64,000 nucleotides of DNA from Mustelus asterias. Taxonomy: Eukaryota. The stretch lies in assembly GCF_964213995.1 (NCBI RefSeq), contig NC_135808.1, positions 50,716,001 through 50,780,000 of the forward strand, given 5' to 3'. Both the position numbers and the translations under genes were made by a program. The first letter of the stretch is position 1. Every line of letters starts with the position of its first letter. Below the pieces are notes generated by a model, which was not told the origin of the DNA, did no database searches, and was given only the letters and a program-made list of their open reading frames with translations. Of this stretch, positions 13,070-23,411 are shown piece after piece.

Positions 13070-13880
13070 CATCAAATGTTACAGCACAAGATACAAGCTC
13101 ATGATGTGTGGGGAACATATTAGTACTGATAGAGGATTGGTTAGCTAACATAAACCAGAGAGAGGAGATAAATGATTGTTTTGGGGTTGGGAAGCTGTAA
13201 TTAGTGGAATTCTGGAACAATCAGTGCTGGGACCACAACTATTCACAATCCATATCAATGATTTGGATGAAGGGAGTGAATGGAGCTGATGTCCCAATGA
13301 CACTAAGATAGGTGGGAAAGTAAGTTATCAAGAGGAGGTAGAGAATCTGCAAAGGGATAGGGACAGGGGAAGTGAATGGCGAAACATCTGGAGTATATCC
13401 TGGGGAAATGTGAAGGTGTCCACTTTGGCAGGAAGAATAGAACAGCAGTAAACTATTGAAATGGAGAGAGATTGCACAACTCGGTGCTACAGAGGGATCT
13501 GGCTGTCCTGGGACATGAATCACAACAAGTTAGTCTGCAGCTACAGCAAGTGATTAGGAAGACAAATGGAATGTTGGTGTTTATTACAAGGAGAATGGAA
13601 TATAAAAATAGGGAAGTTTTACTGCAGCTGTACAGGGTCTCGGTGAGACCACATCTGGAATACTGTGTACAGTTTAGGTCTCCTTATTTGGAAAAGGATA
13701 TCATTGTGTGAGAAGCAGTTCAGAGAAGATTCACCCGACACATTCATGGGGTGAGGGGTTACCTTCTGAAGAAAAGTTGGACAGGCTGGGCCTGAACCCA
13801 TTGGAGTTTAGAAGAATGAGAGGTGATCTTATTGAAACATATCAGATTGTGAGGGGACTGACAGAGTGGATACCAGGAGG
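13070..13880 (+). mobile_element. Old CR1 LINE RT fragment
   Basis: VLGPQLFTI, LLQLYRVSVRPHLEYCVQF, LEFRRMRGDLIETY. Confidence 0.88.
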
Positions 13881-13889
13881 GTGGTGCCT

Positions 13890-14207
13890 CAGACAGAGTG
13901 ACAAGAGGGAGAGAAAGTGAGAGAGAAACAGAGACAGAAAGAGAGGGAGAGAGAGAGAGAGAGCAGACATGGAGCATGGAAAAGAGAGAAAGACAGGGAG
14001 ACAGACAGAGGGAGAGAGTGAGGGGCAAACATTGAGGGATAGAGATGGAGAGAACGAGCAGACTGAGACTGAGGGACAAATATCGAGAGACAGAGAGACA
14101 TAGTGACTGAGAGAGACAGAAACTGAGTCAGTGAGAGGGCAGAGACTGAGGGGCAGATATCAAGAGAGTGAGGGAGACAGAGACTGAGAGAGGGAGAGAG
14201 AAGAAGA
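13890..14207. repeat. GA-rich low-complexity tract upstream of the V promoter
   Basis: Degenerate (GA)n/(GAGACA)n. A similar tract precedes the J RSS at 15350-15485. Confidence 0.9.
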
Positions 14208-14301
14208 GGAAGTGAAAGGTGCTGACGTGGTTTCTCTGGGTCAGACCATTTACAAACTGAGGAACAGGCAGTGAGACTCTGACAGGCTGCAGCTTTATAA
14301 A
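14205..14301 (+). promoter_or_regulatory. V promoter: Ets-IRF composite site, CRE-like site, degenerate octamer, TATA
   Basis: GGAAGTGAAA 14208-14217, TGACGTGG 14223-14230, ATTTACAA 14248-14255 (6/8 octamer), TATAAA 14296-14301. Confidence 0.7.
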
Positions 14302-14361
14302 GCAGAGCCCAGTGAAGGGAGAGTTTATCAGTAACCAGGCACAGGGACACGACCACACACC

Positions 14362-14410
14362 ATGATTTCAGCCATCCAGCTGCTCTGGCCTCTGGCATTC
14401 TGCATCGCAG
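14362..14410 (+). CDS. Ig light chain (kappa/NS4-type) leader exon
   Basis: ATG at 14362 encodes MISAIQLLWPLAFCIA+G, then a phase-1 donor GTACAA at 14411. Hydrophobic signal peptide 60 bp downstream of TATAAA. Confidence 0.95.
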
Positions 14411-14596
14411 GTACAAATCTCTCTCCTTCCACCTTGAATATTTTCCTGCTCTCCATTTCAATCCAATTCTCCTGACTTGTGATTGAAGGGAAAATGCTGA
14501 AAGGAGAGGAACAGTCAGTGTCTCCAACAATATCTCATTGTACAGCGTCTTTCTGTGACAGTTCTTACTTCACTCTGTTTCTCTATTACCCCTCAG

Positions 14597-14894
14597 GTAT
14601 CAATGGAGACATCATCATGACCCAGTCTCCCCCGGTGCTGTCAGTGAGCCTGGGCCAGACCGCCACCATCACCTGTACGGCCAGTCAAGGCATTAGCAAT
14701 GATTGTGACTGGTTTCAACAGCGAGAGGGACAGAAACCGGCTCTGCTGATCTATAATGCAGCAACTCGATTCACAGGAATATCCGACCGATTCAGTGGGA
14801 GTCAATCTGGGACAAGATTCACCCTGACAATCAGCAATGTACAGAATGAGGATGTCGCTGATTATTACTGTCAGCAAAGTTACAGCTCCTCCTA
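14597..14894 (+). CDS. Ig kappa-type V gene segment, germline unrearranged, open frame
   Basis: Acceptor CCCTCAG ends at 14596. Encodes (G)[26 protein letters not shown]...[10 protein letters not shown]...[15 protein letters not shown], with Cys23, Trp35 and Cys88. Closely resembles the shark NS4 kappa framework. Confidence 0.97.
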
Positions 14895-14922
14895 CACAGT
14901 GATACAGAGCCTTACAAAAACC
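14895..14922 (+). other. V recombination signal sequence, 12-bp spacer
   Basis: CACAGTG + atacagagcctt (12 nt) + ACAAAAACC, both motifs perfect consensus. A 12-RSS on V is the kappa-like configuration. Confidence 0.98.
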
Positions 14923-14927
14923 CCCCC

Positions 14928-15165
14928 ACACACAGCACCACCTCCTGTACTGACACATCCCACAGTTTTATATAATATATAATAATGGACACACAGTCCC
15001 ACCTCCTGTACTGACACATCCCACAGTTTTATATAATATATAATAATGGACACACAGCACCACCTCCTGTACTGACACATCCCACAGTTTTATATAATAT
15101 ATAATAATGGACACACAGTCCCACCTCCTGTACTGACACATCCCACAGTTTTATATAATATACAA
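14928..15165. repeat. 61-bp tandem repeat (about 4 copies) between the V and J RSSs
   Basis: cctcctgtactgacacatcccacagttttatataat recurs at 14941, 15002, 15063 and 15124, with alternating cagcacca/cagtccca variants. Confidence 0.95.
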
Positions 15166-15497
15166 TAAAGACAAGAAAGGAAACTGGACAAATTATTTGC
15201 ACTGTCCACTACACACTCCAGTCCCTGTGGTGTCCACCGCTCGCTGAAGGCCTCGAGTTTCCCTCTTACTCTCCATGTCCACATATGAAGAGCAGCTGAA
15301 AGATTTATCATCTCAAATTAGAATTCTCAACTCTCCCGACAAAACACTGAGACATTGAGAGAAACAGAGAGAGAGAGACAGAGAGAGAGAAACAGAGAGA
15401 GAGAAAGAGTGAGAGAGAAACAGAGAGAGAGAAAGAGTGAGAGAGAAAGAGTGAGAGAGAAGAGATGAGTGAGTGAGTGAGTGAGGCAAAGAGCAGA

Positions 15498-15536
15498 GGC
15501 TTTTGTACAGCTCCTGCACTGGAAGCTGTCAGTGTG
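15498..15536 (-). other. J recombination signal sequence, 23-bp spacer
   Basis: GGCTTTTGT + 23 nt + CAGTGTG. One mismatch each in nonamer and heptamer; the essential CAC/GTG is intact. Confidence 0.93.
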
Positions 15537-15571
15537 CCTTACGTTCGGTAAAGGAACCAAACTCAGACTGA
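15537..15571 (+). CDS. Ig kappa-type J gene segment
   Basis: C CTT ACG TTC GGT AAA GGA ACC AAA CTC AGA CTG A = LTFGKGTKLRL (FGxG motif). Perfect donor GTAAGT at 15572. A flush V-J join is in frame. Confidence 0.96.
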
Positions 15572-16399
15572 GTAAGTAAAGCCCAATCCTCCGTTATTAA
15601 CCCTCTCAATGCTGAAACTTTCTCAAACACAAATGCTGAATAGTTGAAGGTGTTGGTGAGGAAGCTGCAGTCAATGAAATGGTTGATTGAAGAACATTGT
15701 GTGGAACAGGGAGCCCAGCTGTATTTCTTTCCTTCCATTCCCCCCTTTAAGCAGCAAGATATAAGTAAGCAGCTTTTACCCACCGTGTGGAGGAGATCTG
15801 GACGTTTGCAGACTGTGCTCACATTCCTGCAGCATGGAGTGAAATCACTCTCTAGACTCCTGTCAGTCTCAGTGTGACACACACAGGCAGAGTTTGATGT
15901 GAAGTCGGACTCCCTGTCACACTCTCTGATATAACTGATCACAGCACCAGCACAGTGAGACACCGAGGTGCCACCTCCCCCAGCTTTCACTCTGCCCTCT
16001 CCACTCCCTGCTTATCTCTTGCTAAAGTTCTGATGACAAACAGCTACAGCAGGGCCCACAATCCAGTGGCTTCAGTGTTCCAGGCTTTTGGGGAGACTCT
16101 CAGTTACTTTCACTCTGGGACGAGTTCAGTCCAATATTTATCCCGGATCCAACATCACTGAAAAGGCTGATTGTTCTCATTGCTGTGTGTGGGATCTTGC
16201 TGTGTACATGTTGTGACCAGTCCTCAGACAAGGTCCCTCATTTGTTAACTTCCTGAACGGAATCCCAATTTTGTTTTGCTCCTGGGTGAGGAGTAATCAG
16301 CTGGAACCCTGCACTCGATTGGTCACAACAGGGTTCATTTAAAATGGATCCCTTCACCCGTGGAAACCTTACACAGTCCACGTAGTCCTTTATTAGCCT

Positions 16400-19300
16400 T
16401 TGAATCTCTGCAGTGCAGAAGGAGGCTATTCAGTCCATCGAATCTTTACCAACTCTCTGAAAGAGCTTCTTACCCAGGCTCCCCACCCTATCCCTGTAAC
16501 CCTGCACATTTACCATTGCTAATCCGCCTAAAGAACACACTAGGGATAATTTAGCATGGCCAATCCATCTAACCTGCAGATCTTTGGACTGTGGGAGGAA
16601 ACTGGACCATCCGGAGGAATGTCTCAACTCACATTCTGTCACACCCGCACCAGTACACACAGCTCAGGTGTGCAGTTGGATTTTTAACATTTCCCTGTTG
16701 TTTCCTGAAAGGTAACAAACAAACATGTCTTTCACCCCAGAGTCAGTTTACTTTGAACTCAGACCATTTCCACATTCTGAGGTATAACTCAACAGGAGAT
16801 GGGTTTTGAATGTCTGCTGAGATGTGACAATCAGTCTCCATTGTTTCCGTAACAAAAGGAGATTAAAGTTTAGTGTTAGGCATTTTTTCTCTCTCCATTT
16901 CTATTTCCTGTTTGATGAAATCCCTGACATCTTTCAGGTGTGACATCCCATCTTCTCTCAGGGCAATCAGTCAAATATAACCCACATCGGAATTTTCCAG
17001 AAGCTGGTCACTTTACATTCTCGGCCATCTTGGCTCAGTCATCGTCTCATAGAAATTTACTGCACAGAAAGAGGCCCTTCAGCCCATCCTGTCTCTGCCG
17101 GCCATTAAGCACCCAACTATTCTAATCCCATTTTCCAGCACTTGGTCCGTTGCCTTGTATGGTTCGGAATTTCAAATGCTCATCTAAATACTTCTTAAAT
17201 GTTATGAGGGTTCCTGTGTCTCCCACCCTTTCAGGCAGTGAGTTCCAGATTCCCAACACCCTCTGAGTGAAAAAGTTTTTCCTCCAATCCCTCAAAATCT
17301 TCTGCCTCTGAGATTAAATCTATGCTCCCTGGTTTTTGAACCTGCTGCTAAAAGGGGAAAAGTTTCTTCGTATCTGCTCTATGTCTTCATAATTCTGACC
17401 TGCTGCGGTTATACAGGGCCTTGGTGAGGCCGCACTGGGAATATTGTGCGCAGTTTTGGTCTCCCTATCTCAGGAAGGATATTTTTGCTTTCGAGGGAGT
17501 GCAGAGATGGTATCCCAGACTGATTCCTGTTAGAATGGGACTGATGTATGAGGAGACATTGAGTTGGTTAAGACTTATATTCACTGGAGTTCAGAGGCAA
17601 CTCATGGAGACCTATAAAATTCTAACAGGTGAGGGGGATTAGTGAGGTAAATACATGGGGTTATGGGGTAAGAGTTGATGCAGACTCGATGGGCCGAATG
17701 GACTCCGCCTGCACTTTAGGGATTCTATTGTCCATGTCTGTGCCGGCCACCAAGCACCTATCTATTCCAATCCCATTTTCCAGCATTTGGTCCGTTGCCT
17801 TGTTTGCTTTGGAATTTCAAGCGCTCATCGAAATGTTTCTTAAATGTTGTGAGGGTTCCCACCTCCACCACCCTTTCAGGCAGTGAGTTCCAGATTCCCA
17901 GCACCCTTTGGGTGAAAAGATTTCCCTCAAGTCCCTCAAAATCTGCTGCCTCTGTGATTAAGGGGAAAAGTTTCCTCATATCTACCCTATCTCTGTCCCT
18001 CGTAATTCTGTCTTTCTGCAGTTATACAGGGCCTTGGTGAGGCCACACTGGGAATAATGTGTACAGTTTTACTCTCCTTATCTGAGGAAGGATGTTTTTG
18101 CGACAGAGGGAGTGCAGCAAAGGTTTACTGGAATGATTTCTGCGATAGTGGGATTGATGTAGGGGGAGAGATTGTGTTGGTTAAGATTATATATTTTTTA
18201 AAGTTTATTTATCAGTCACAAATAGGCTGACATTTACACTGCAATGAAGTCACTGTGAAAATCCCCATGTGGCCACACTCCGGCGCCTGTTCGGGTATAC
18301 TGAGGGAGACTTTAGCTTGGCCAATTCACCTAACCTGCACACCTTTTGGACTGTGGGAGGAAACCGGAGCACCTGGAGGAAACCCACACAGACATGGGGA
18401 GAATGTGCAAACTCCACACAGACAGTGACCCAAGCCGGGAATCGAACCTAGCCCCCTGGCACTGTGAGGCAGCAGTGCTAACCACTGTGCCACCGTGCTG
18501 CCCCCACTGCAGTTCAGAAGAATGAGGGGAGAATCGTATAAAAATCTATAAAATTCCAACAGGACTACACAGGGTAGATACAGGAAGCATGTTCCCAGTG
18601 CTGGGAGCGTCCAGTTTGAGGGGTCATAGTCTGAGAATATGGGGTAAACCTTTTAGGACTGAGGTGAGGAGAAATTCCTTCACCCAGAGAGGCGTAAACC
18701 TGTGGAATTCACTACCACAGAAAGCAGTTGAGGCCAAAATATTGTACGTTTTCAAGAAGGAGTTAGATTTAGCTCTTGGGGTGAATAGGATCAAAGGATT
18801 TGAGGGGGAAGACAGGATCTGGCTCCTGATTGGATGATCAGAAATGATCATGATGAATAGTGGAGCAGGCTCAAAGGGCCGAATGGCCTCCTCCTGTTCC
18901 TATTTTCTGTGATTCTATGCAGACCAGCATTTATCACCCATCCCTAATTGCCCTGGTGAAGTTGGTGCTGAGGTGGTGGAATAAGTTCTACTCCAATGAG
19001 TATCGGCCCAACCTGCTCAAGCTTTCTTCATAAGACAATCCATTACTCAGTGGAATCAGCCTCGTGAACCATCTCTGAACTCTTTCCAATGCTACTATAT
19101 CCTTTCTTAAGTATGGAGACCAAAAGTGTCCACAATATTCCAGGTGTGATTTTCTCAAGGTGCTGTACAGCTGCAGCAAAACATCCCTACTTTTATGCTC
19201 ATCCTCATTGCAATGAAGAGCAACATTCCATTTGTCTTCCTAATTTATTGCTGTTCCTGGATGGAAAGACATCCAGATCACTCGATAGAATCTCTCCAGT

Positions 19301-19530
19301 TTACTAGTATTCTGCTCAATCCTCCTGCCAAAGTGGACAACCTCACATTTTCCCACATTATACTCCATCAGTCAATGTTTTCCCACTCACTGAATCTATC
19401 TCTACCCTTTTCAGATGCTGCATCCTCCTCACAACTTGTATTTCTACTTTTCATTTTATCATCAGCACGTTTAGTGACATTCCTCTCATTCCCTTCATCC
19501 AGCTCATTAATATAGATTGTAAAGTTAAAC
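16400..19530. mobile_element. Patchwork of CR1 fragments (both strands) and SINEs (16400-16618, 18200-18505) in the J-C intron
   Basis: Repeated VRPHxEYCxQFWSPYLRKD and FTQRVxxxWNSLP motifs; SINE cores. Confidence 0.85.
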
Positions 19531-19539
19531 CCCAAACAA

Positions 19540-20383
19540 CAACTACCTTCCTTTGTGCTGGGTATAACTCCAACCAGCGGAGAGTTTTCCCCTGATTCCC
19601 ATGGGCTCCAGTTTTGCGAGGGCTCCTTGATGCCACACTCGGTCAAATGCTGCCTTGATGTCAAGGGCAGTCACTCTCACCTCACCTCTGGAGTTCAGCT
19701 CCTTTGTCCATGTTTGAACCAAGGCTGTAATGAGGTCAGGAGCTGAGTGATCCTGGCGGAATACTAACTGAGTGTCAGTGAGCAGGTTATTGCTGAGTAA
19801 GTGCTGCTTGGTAATCGCTCTGGATATGTTCAGATCACATTGCTGATGATCGAGAGTAGACTGATGGGGCGGTTATTGTGCGGATTGGATTTGTCCTGGT
19901 TTTTGTGCACAGTTCATAACCGGGTAATTTATCACAATGTTGGGTTGATGCCAGTGTTGTAGATGTACTGGAACAGCTTGGCTAGGGACGCGGGAAGTTC
20001 TGGAGCACAAGTCTTCAGGACCTCCAGAGGAGGTCGAGATGGATCATCCACGCGGCACTTCTGGCTGAAGATTGCTGCAAATGCTTCAGCCTTATCTTTT
20101 GCACTGATGTTCTGGGTTCCTCCGTCATTGAGGATGGGGATATTTGTGGAGCTCCTCCTCCAGTGAGTTGTTTAATTGTCCACCACCATTCACGGCTGGA
20201 TGTGGCAGGACTGCAGAGCTTTGATCTGATCCATTGTTTGTGGGATGGTTTAGCTCTGTCTATCACTTGCTGCTTCTGCTGTTTGACACACAGTCCTGTG
20301 TTGTAGCTTCACCAGGTTAACACCTCATTTTTCAGTATGTCTGCTGTTGCTCCTGCCATGTCCTCCTGCACTCTTCATTGAAC
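19540..20383 (-). mobile_element. LINE fragment, same family as 8985-12150
   Basis: IRSKLCSPATSSREWWWTIKQLTGGG on the minus strand. Confidence 0.88.
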
Positions 20384-21649
20384 TGAAAGCAGCAGAGAAT
20401 CCACAGAAACAGACTGATGTTTGTCTGATTTGTCTGTGTGTTTATTAGATGTGACTGAGCAGATAGCAAGAGTTTCAGCAGCAACAAAGACATTTCTCTA
20501 GTTCACCTCCCACTTTCCGCATCCACTTCCAAAATCCTCATGGGGAAAGGGCTCAGCACCTGTCAGCGACTGGTTAAATGTCCCCCCTCTAGACTACAGG
20601 CCTCCCATAATCTGCTCTCCATCTCTCTCCTGAAGACACTCTCTCTGGCTGGGGAACAGCTCCACCCTCCCCAAGTGGCCTCCTTCCTCATTTTTCAGTA
20701 TGTCTGCTGTTGCTCCTGGCATGTCCTCCTGCACTCTTCATTCAACTGAAAGCAGCAGAGAATCCACAGAAACAGACTGATACCTCAAATCCCACATCAT
20801 CCAGGCTGAGATCCAGTGCAGTATCGAAGGAGTGCTGCACTGTCAGAGGTGCCGTCTTTCAGATGAGACAAACTGATATCTGTCCTCTCAGGGGGTGTGA
20901 AAGATCCCATGGTACCATTGGAAGAAGGGCAGGGGAGTTCACCCCGATGTACTGGTCAATATTTATCTCTCAATCAACATCACTACAAATCTGCTTATCT
21001 GTTCATTCTCACTCTGCTCCCTGGGATCTTGCTGTGCACAATGAGCTGTAAAACACTTTGGGACATTCTGAGGTGATGACAGGTGCTATAGAAATGTAAT
21101 TCTGTCTTTGAGGTTGGAGATTCCTGATCCTAACCCTCACTCATTATTCACACACGCGCACCCTCCAGAGTTCATGGGGTCATTCGGAGCAGTGACCCTG
21201 TCTGACCCCTGGACACAGACTAATTCTTACCTCACCCTTGACCTCAGCCAAGTGCTGGGGGTAAGGTTTGAAATGAAATCTGGAAGCTTCTACACTGACA
21301 GCCAATCAGAATCCTGTGTGAACTGTGTTGATCCAAGTCTGCTGCAATGTTCTGGGATAAAGTTCTCCTGATCTGTGTGTGATCTGAGGTTTGTTGATGC
21401 TCAACCTGTTTCTCCCAGACAGACTGAACAATAGTTCCAGCTTCCTGACTGGTTAACAGTCTCTTAAAGGGACACTGTGTCTTTAAATACTCTCACTATT
21501 AACCATTTCAGTGCTGAATTTGTTGTAACTTTCTTTATATATGTTTCAGCAACATTGCAAGATGATTCAACCAGTTTCAAATCAAACCTTTAACCCCAGA
21601 CACTGAACTAATTTGAAATCGAACGTGTCAGTTTCCCGTGAATCCCATC

Positions 21650-22470
21650 AGCCTGTAATTTTAAACAGCATTATCCGTCCTCCAGTCCTCCCACACCACA
21701 CCTGTAGCCAGAGAGGATTGGAAAATAATGGTCAGAGTCTCTGCTTTTTCTTCCCGTGCTTCCCTTCGCATCCTGGGATACATTTCACCCGGGCCTGGGA
21801 AATTCTCCACTTTCAAAGATGATAAGCACATTAATATCTCCTCCCACACTATCATTATCCCATTGATTATTTCACAATCTCTCCCCTCCTGAACGACAAT
21901 GTTAGCTTTATCCCTCTCATTTGTGATATCTGATGTAAATTATTCATGACGAACCATCACCGTGTCTTCTCCCTCCACACACAAGTTATCTTTTTGCTCT
22001 CCAATCAGCCCTATTCATTCCTTAGTTATCCTCCTTGCAATGTCCCACGCTATTGCTTTGTGTGAACATATTTGTTCTGAACTCCATCTCCAGCTCGAAT
22101 ATCCTCCCACTGCTCTGACACTGATTTACCTTCAAGTCGCTGTTTCCACTCCATTTTGGCAAATCCCAGTTTTGTGAAATCGGCCTTTTCCCAATTTAAA
22201 ACCTTTACTCTTGATCGATCTTTCCCCTTTTCCCTAACTACTCTAAATCTAACTGTATTATGATCACTATTACCCAAATGCTCTCCCACTGATACACCTT
22301 CCACATGCTGAGATTCATTCTATAAAACTGCCCAAAACTGCCCCTTCGCTTGTTGGGATTGTTCCGTGCTGGTTAAAAAATTTCCCCCGGAATGGATTTT
22401 CAGAATTCTGCAACATCGAAACACTGACACTGATTTGATCCCAGTCAATATTCGGGAAGTTGAAAGCCTG
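21650..22470 (-). mobile_element. Decayed CR1 fragment ending just before the C acceptor
   Basis: FNFPNIDW, VGEHLGNSDHN, PGPGEMYPRM, VWEDWR motifs. Confidence 0.8.
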
Positions 22471-22509
22471 AAAATGGCAGTGATTAAAATTCCTTCTCTT
22501 CTCTTTCAG

Positions 22510-22838
22510 CCCGTGAGAATTCACAACCCACGCTGACCCTGCTGCCCCCCTCCCCGGAGGAGGTCAAGACCAAGGGCACTGCCACCCTGGTGTGCCTTGC
22601 CAATCACTTCTATCCCGATGAGGTGGAGGTGAAGTGGAAGAAGGATGGTGCAGCCATTTCCAACGGGATTCAGACCAGCAACTACCTGCGAGCTTCAGAC
22701 AACACCTACAGCGTCAGCAGCCTGCTGACCCTCTCTGGCTCCGACTGGGAGTCCAACGCCCGCTTCTCCTGTGCCCTCACCCACGTGAGCCTCTCCTCTC
22801 CCCTCAGCAAGAGCGTCAGTAGATCAGAATGTGCCTAG
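22510..22838 (+). CDS. Ig kappa-type constant exon
   Basis: Polypyrimidine acceptor ...ctctttcAG ends at 22509, phase-compatible with J. Encodes (T)RENSQPTLTLLPPSPEEVKTKGTATLVCLANHFYP...WKKDG...YSVSSLL...FSCALTH...SECA*, a C1-set domain with the penultimate interchain Cys. Confidence 0.97.
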
Positions 22839-23322
22839 AGTGTTAGAGACAGTCCACAGAGGAGACGCAACTTGGAATAGAACAGGGGTGAGCTGGGAGG
22901 GCAAAGGTCATTATCAGCATTGAATTACAACTCTCTTCCTCCTCGGGACTGGGTCTGAGACACTTCTGAGGATCAGGGGTTAAAGCACGTTATTGGTATA
23001 GTGTAGAGGGAGCTTTACTTTGTATTTAACCCTGTGGTGTACCTGGCTTGGGACTGTTTGATAGGGACTGTGTAGAGGGAGTTTTACTCTGTTCCTGTCC
23101 TAGGACTGTTTGATGGGGACAGTGCAGACTCGTGATAACAAGTATAACCTCTGGAAGATGCTGAAGAGTGTCAGCTGTACAATAATAATGTGACCCTGTG
23201 AAGTGTCTGCTTCAGTAAACCAGACCTCCTTCCTGCTCACCCTGCAGTTACAATTGAAGCTTTAGTCACTGTTTAAAGGGACAGGATTCTCATGTTATTG
23301 AGAAAATCTCCACAAGTGTTTT

Positions 23323-23411
23323 AATAAACCTCCATTCTCCCTGTGAATTTCTCCAGCTTCCTCTGGCTGGGCTGTTTTTTCTGTCAATGTCAATGTGTAA
23401 AAGGTAATAAA
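23323..23411 (+). terminator. Candidate polyadenylation signals of the light-chain transcript
   Basis: AATAAA at 23323-23328 and 23406-23411, each followed by T/GT-rich sequence, about 0.5 kb after the C stop. Confidence 0.6.

Larger units (their letters stand above)
1785..13405 (+). repeat. Left arm of a large inverted segmental duplication
   Basis: 1785-8448 matches the reverse complement of 57204-64000, and 8447-13405 matches that of 47805-52771, including unique DNA and TE junctions. Confidence 0.93.

Noticed and set aside
14479-14982. 167-aa ORF as a single-exon or germline-joined VJ gene
   Set aside because: It reads through the intron and RSS; V and J are separate with intact RSSs.
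15951-15957. Lone CACAGTG in the J-C intron, like the mammalian intron heptamer used for kappa deletion
   Set aside because: No nonamer and no downstream 23-RSS partner found; the 7-mer is common here.
19898-19906. Perfect nonamer GGTTTTTGT
   Set aside because: Inside a LINE, with no heptamer at 12 or 23 spacing.
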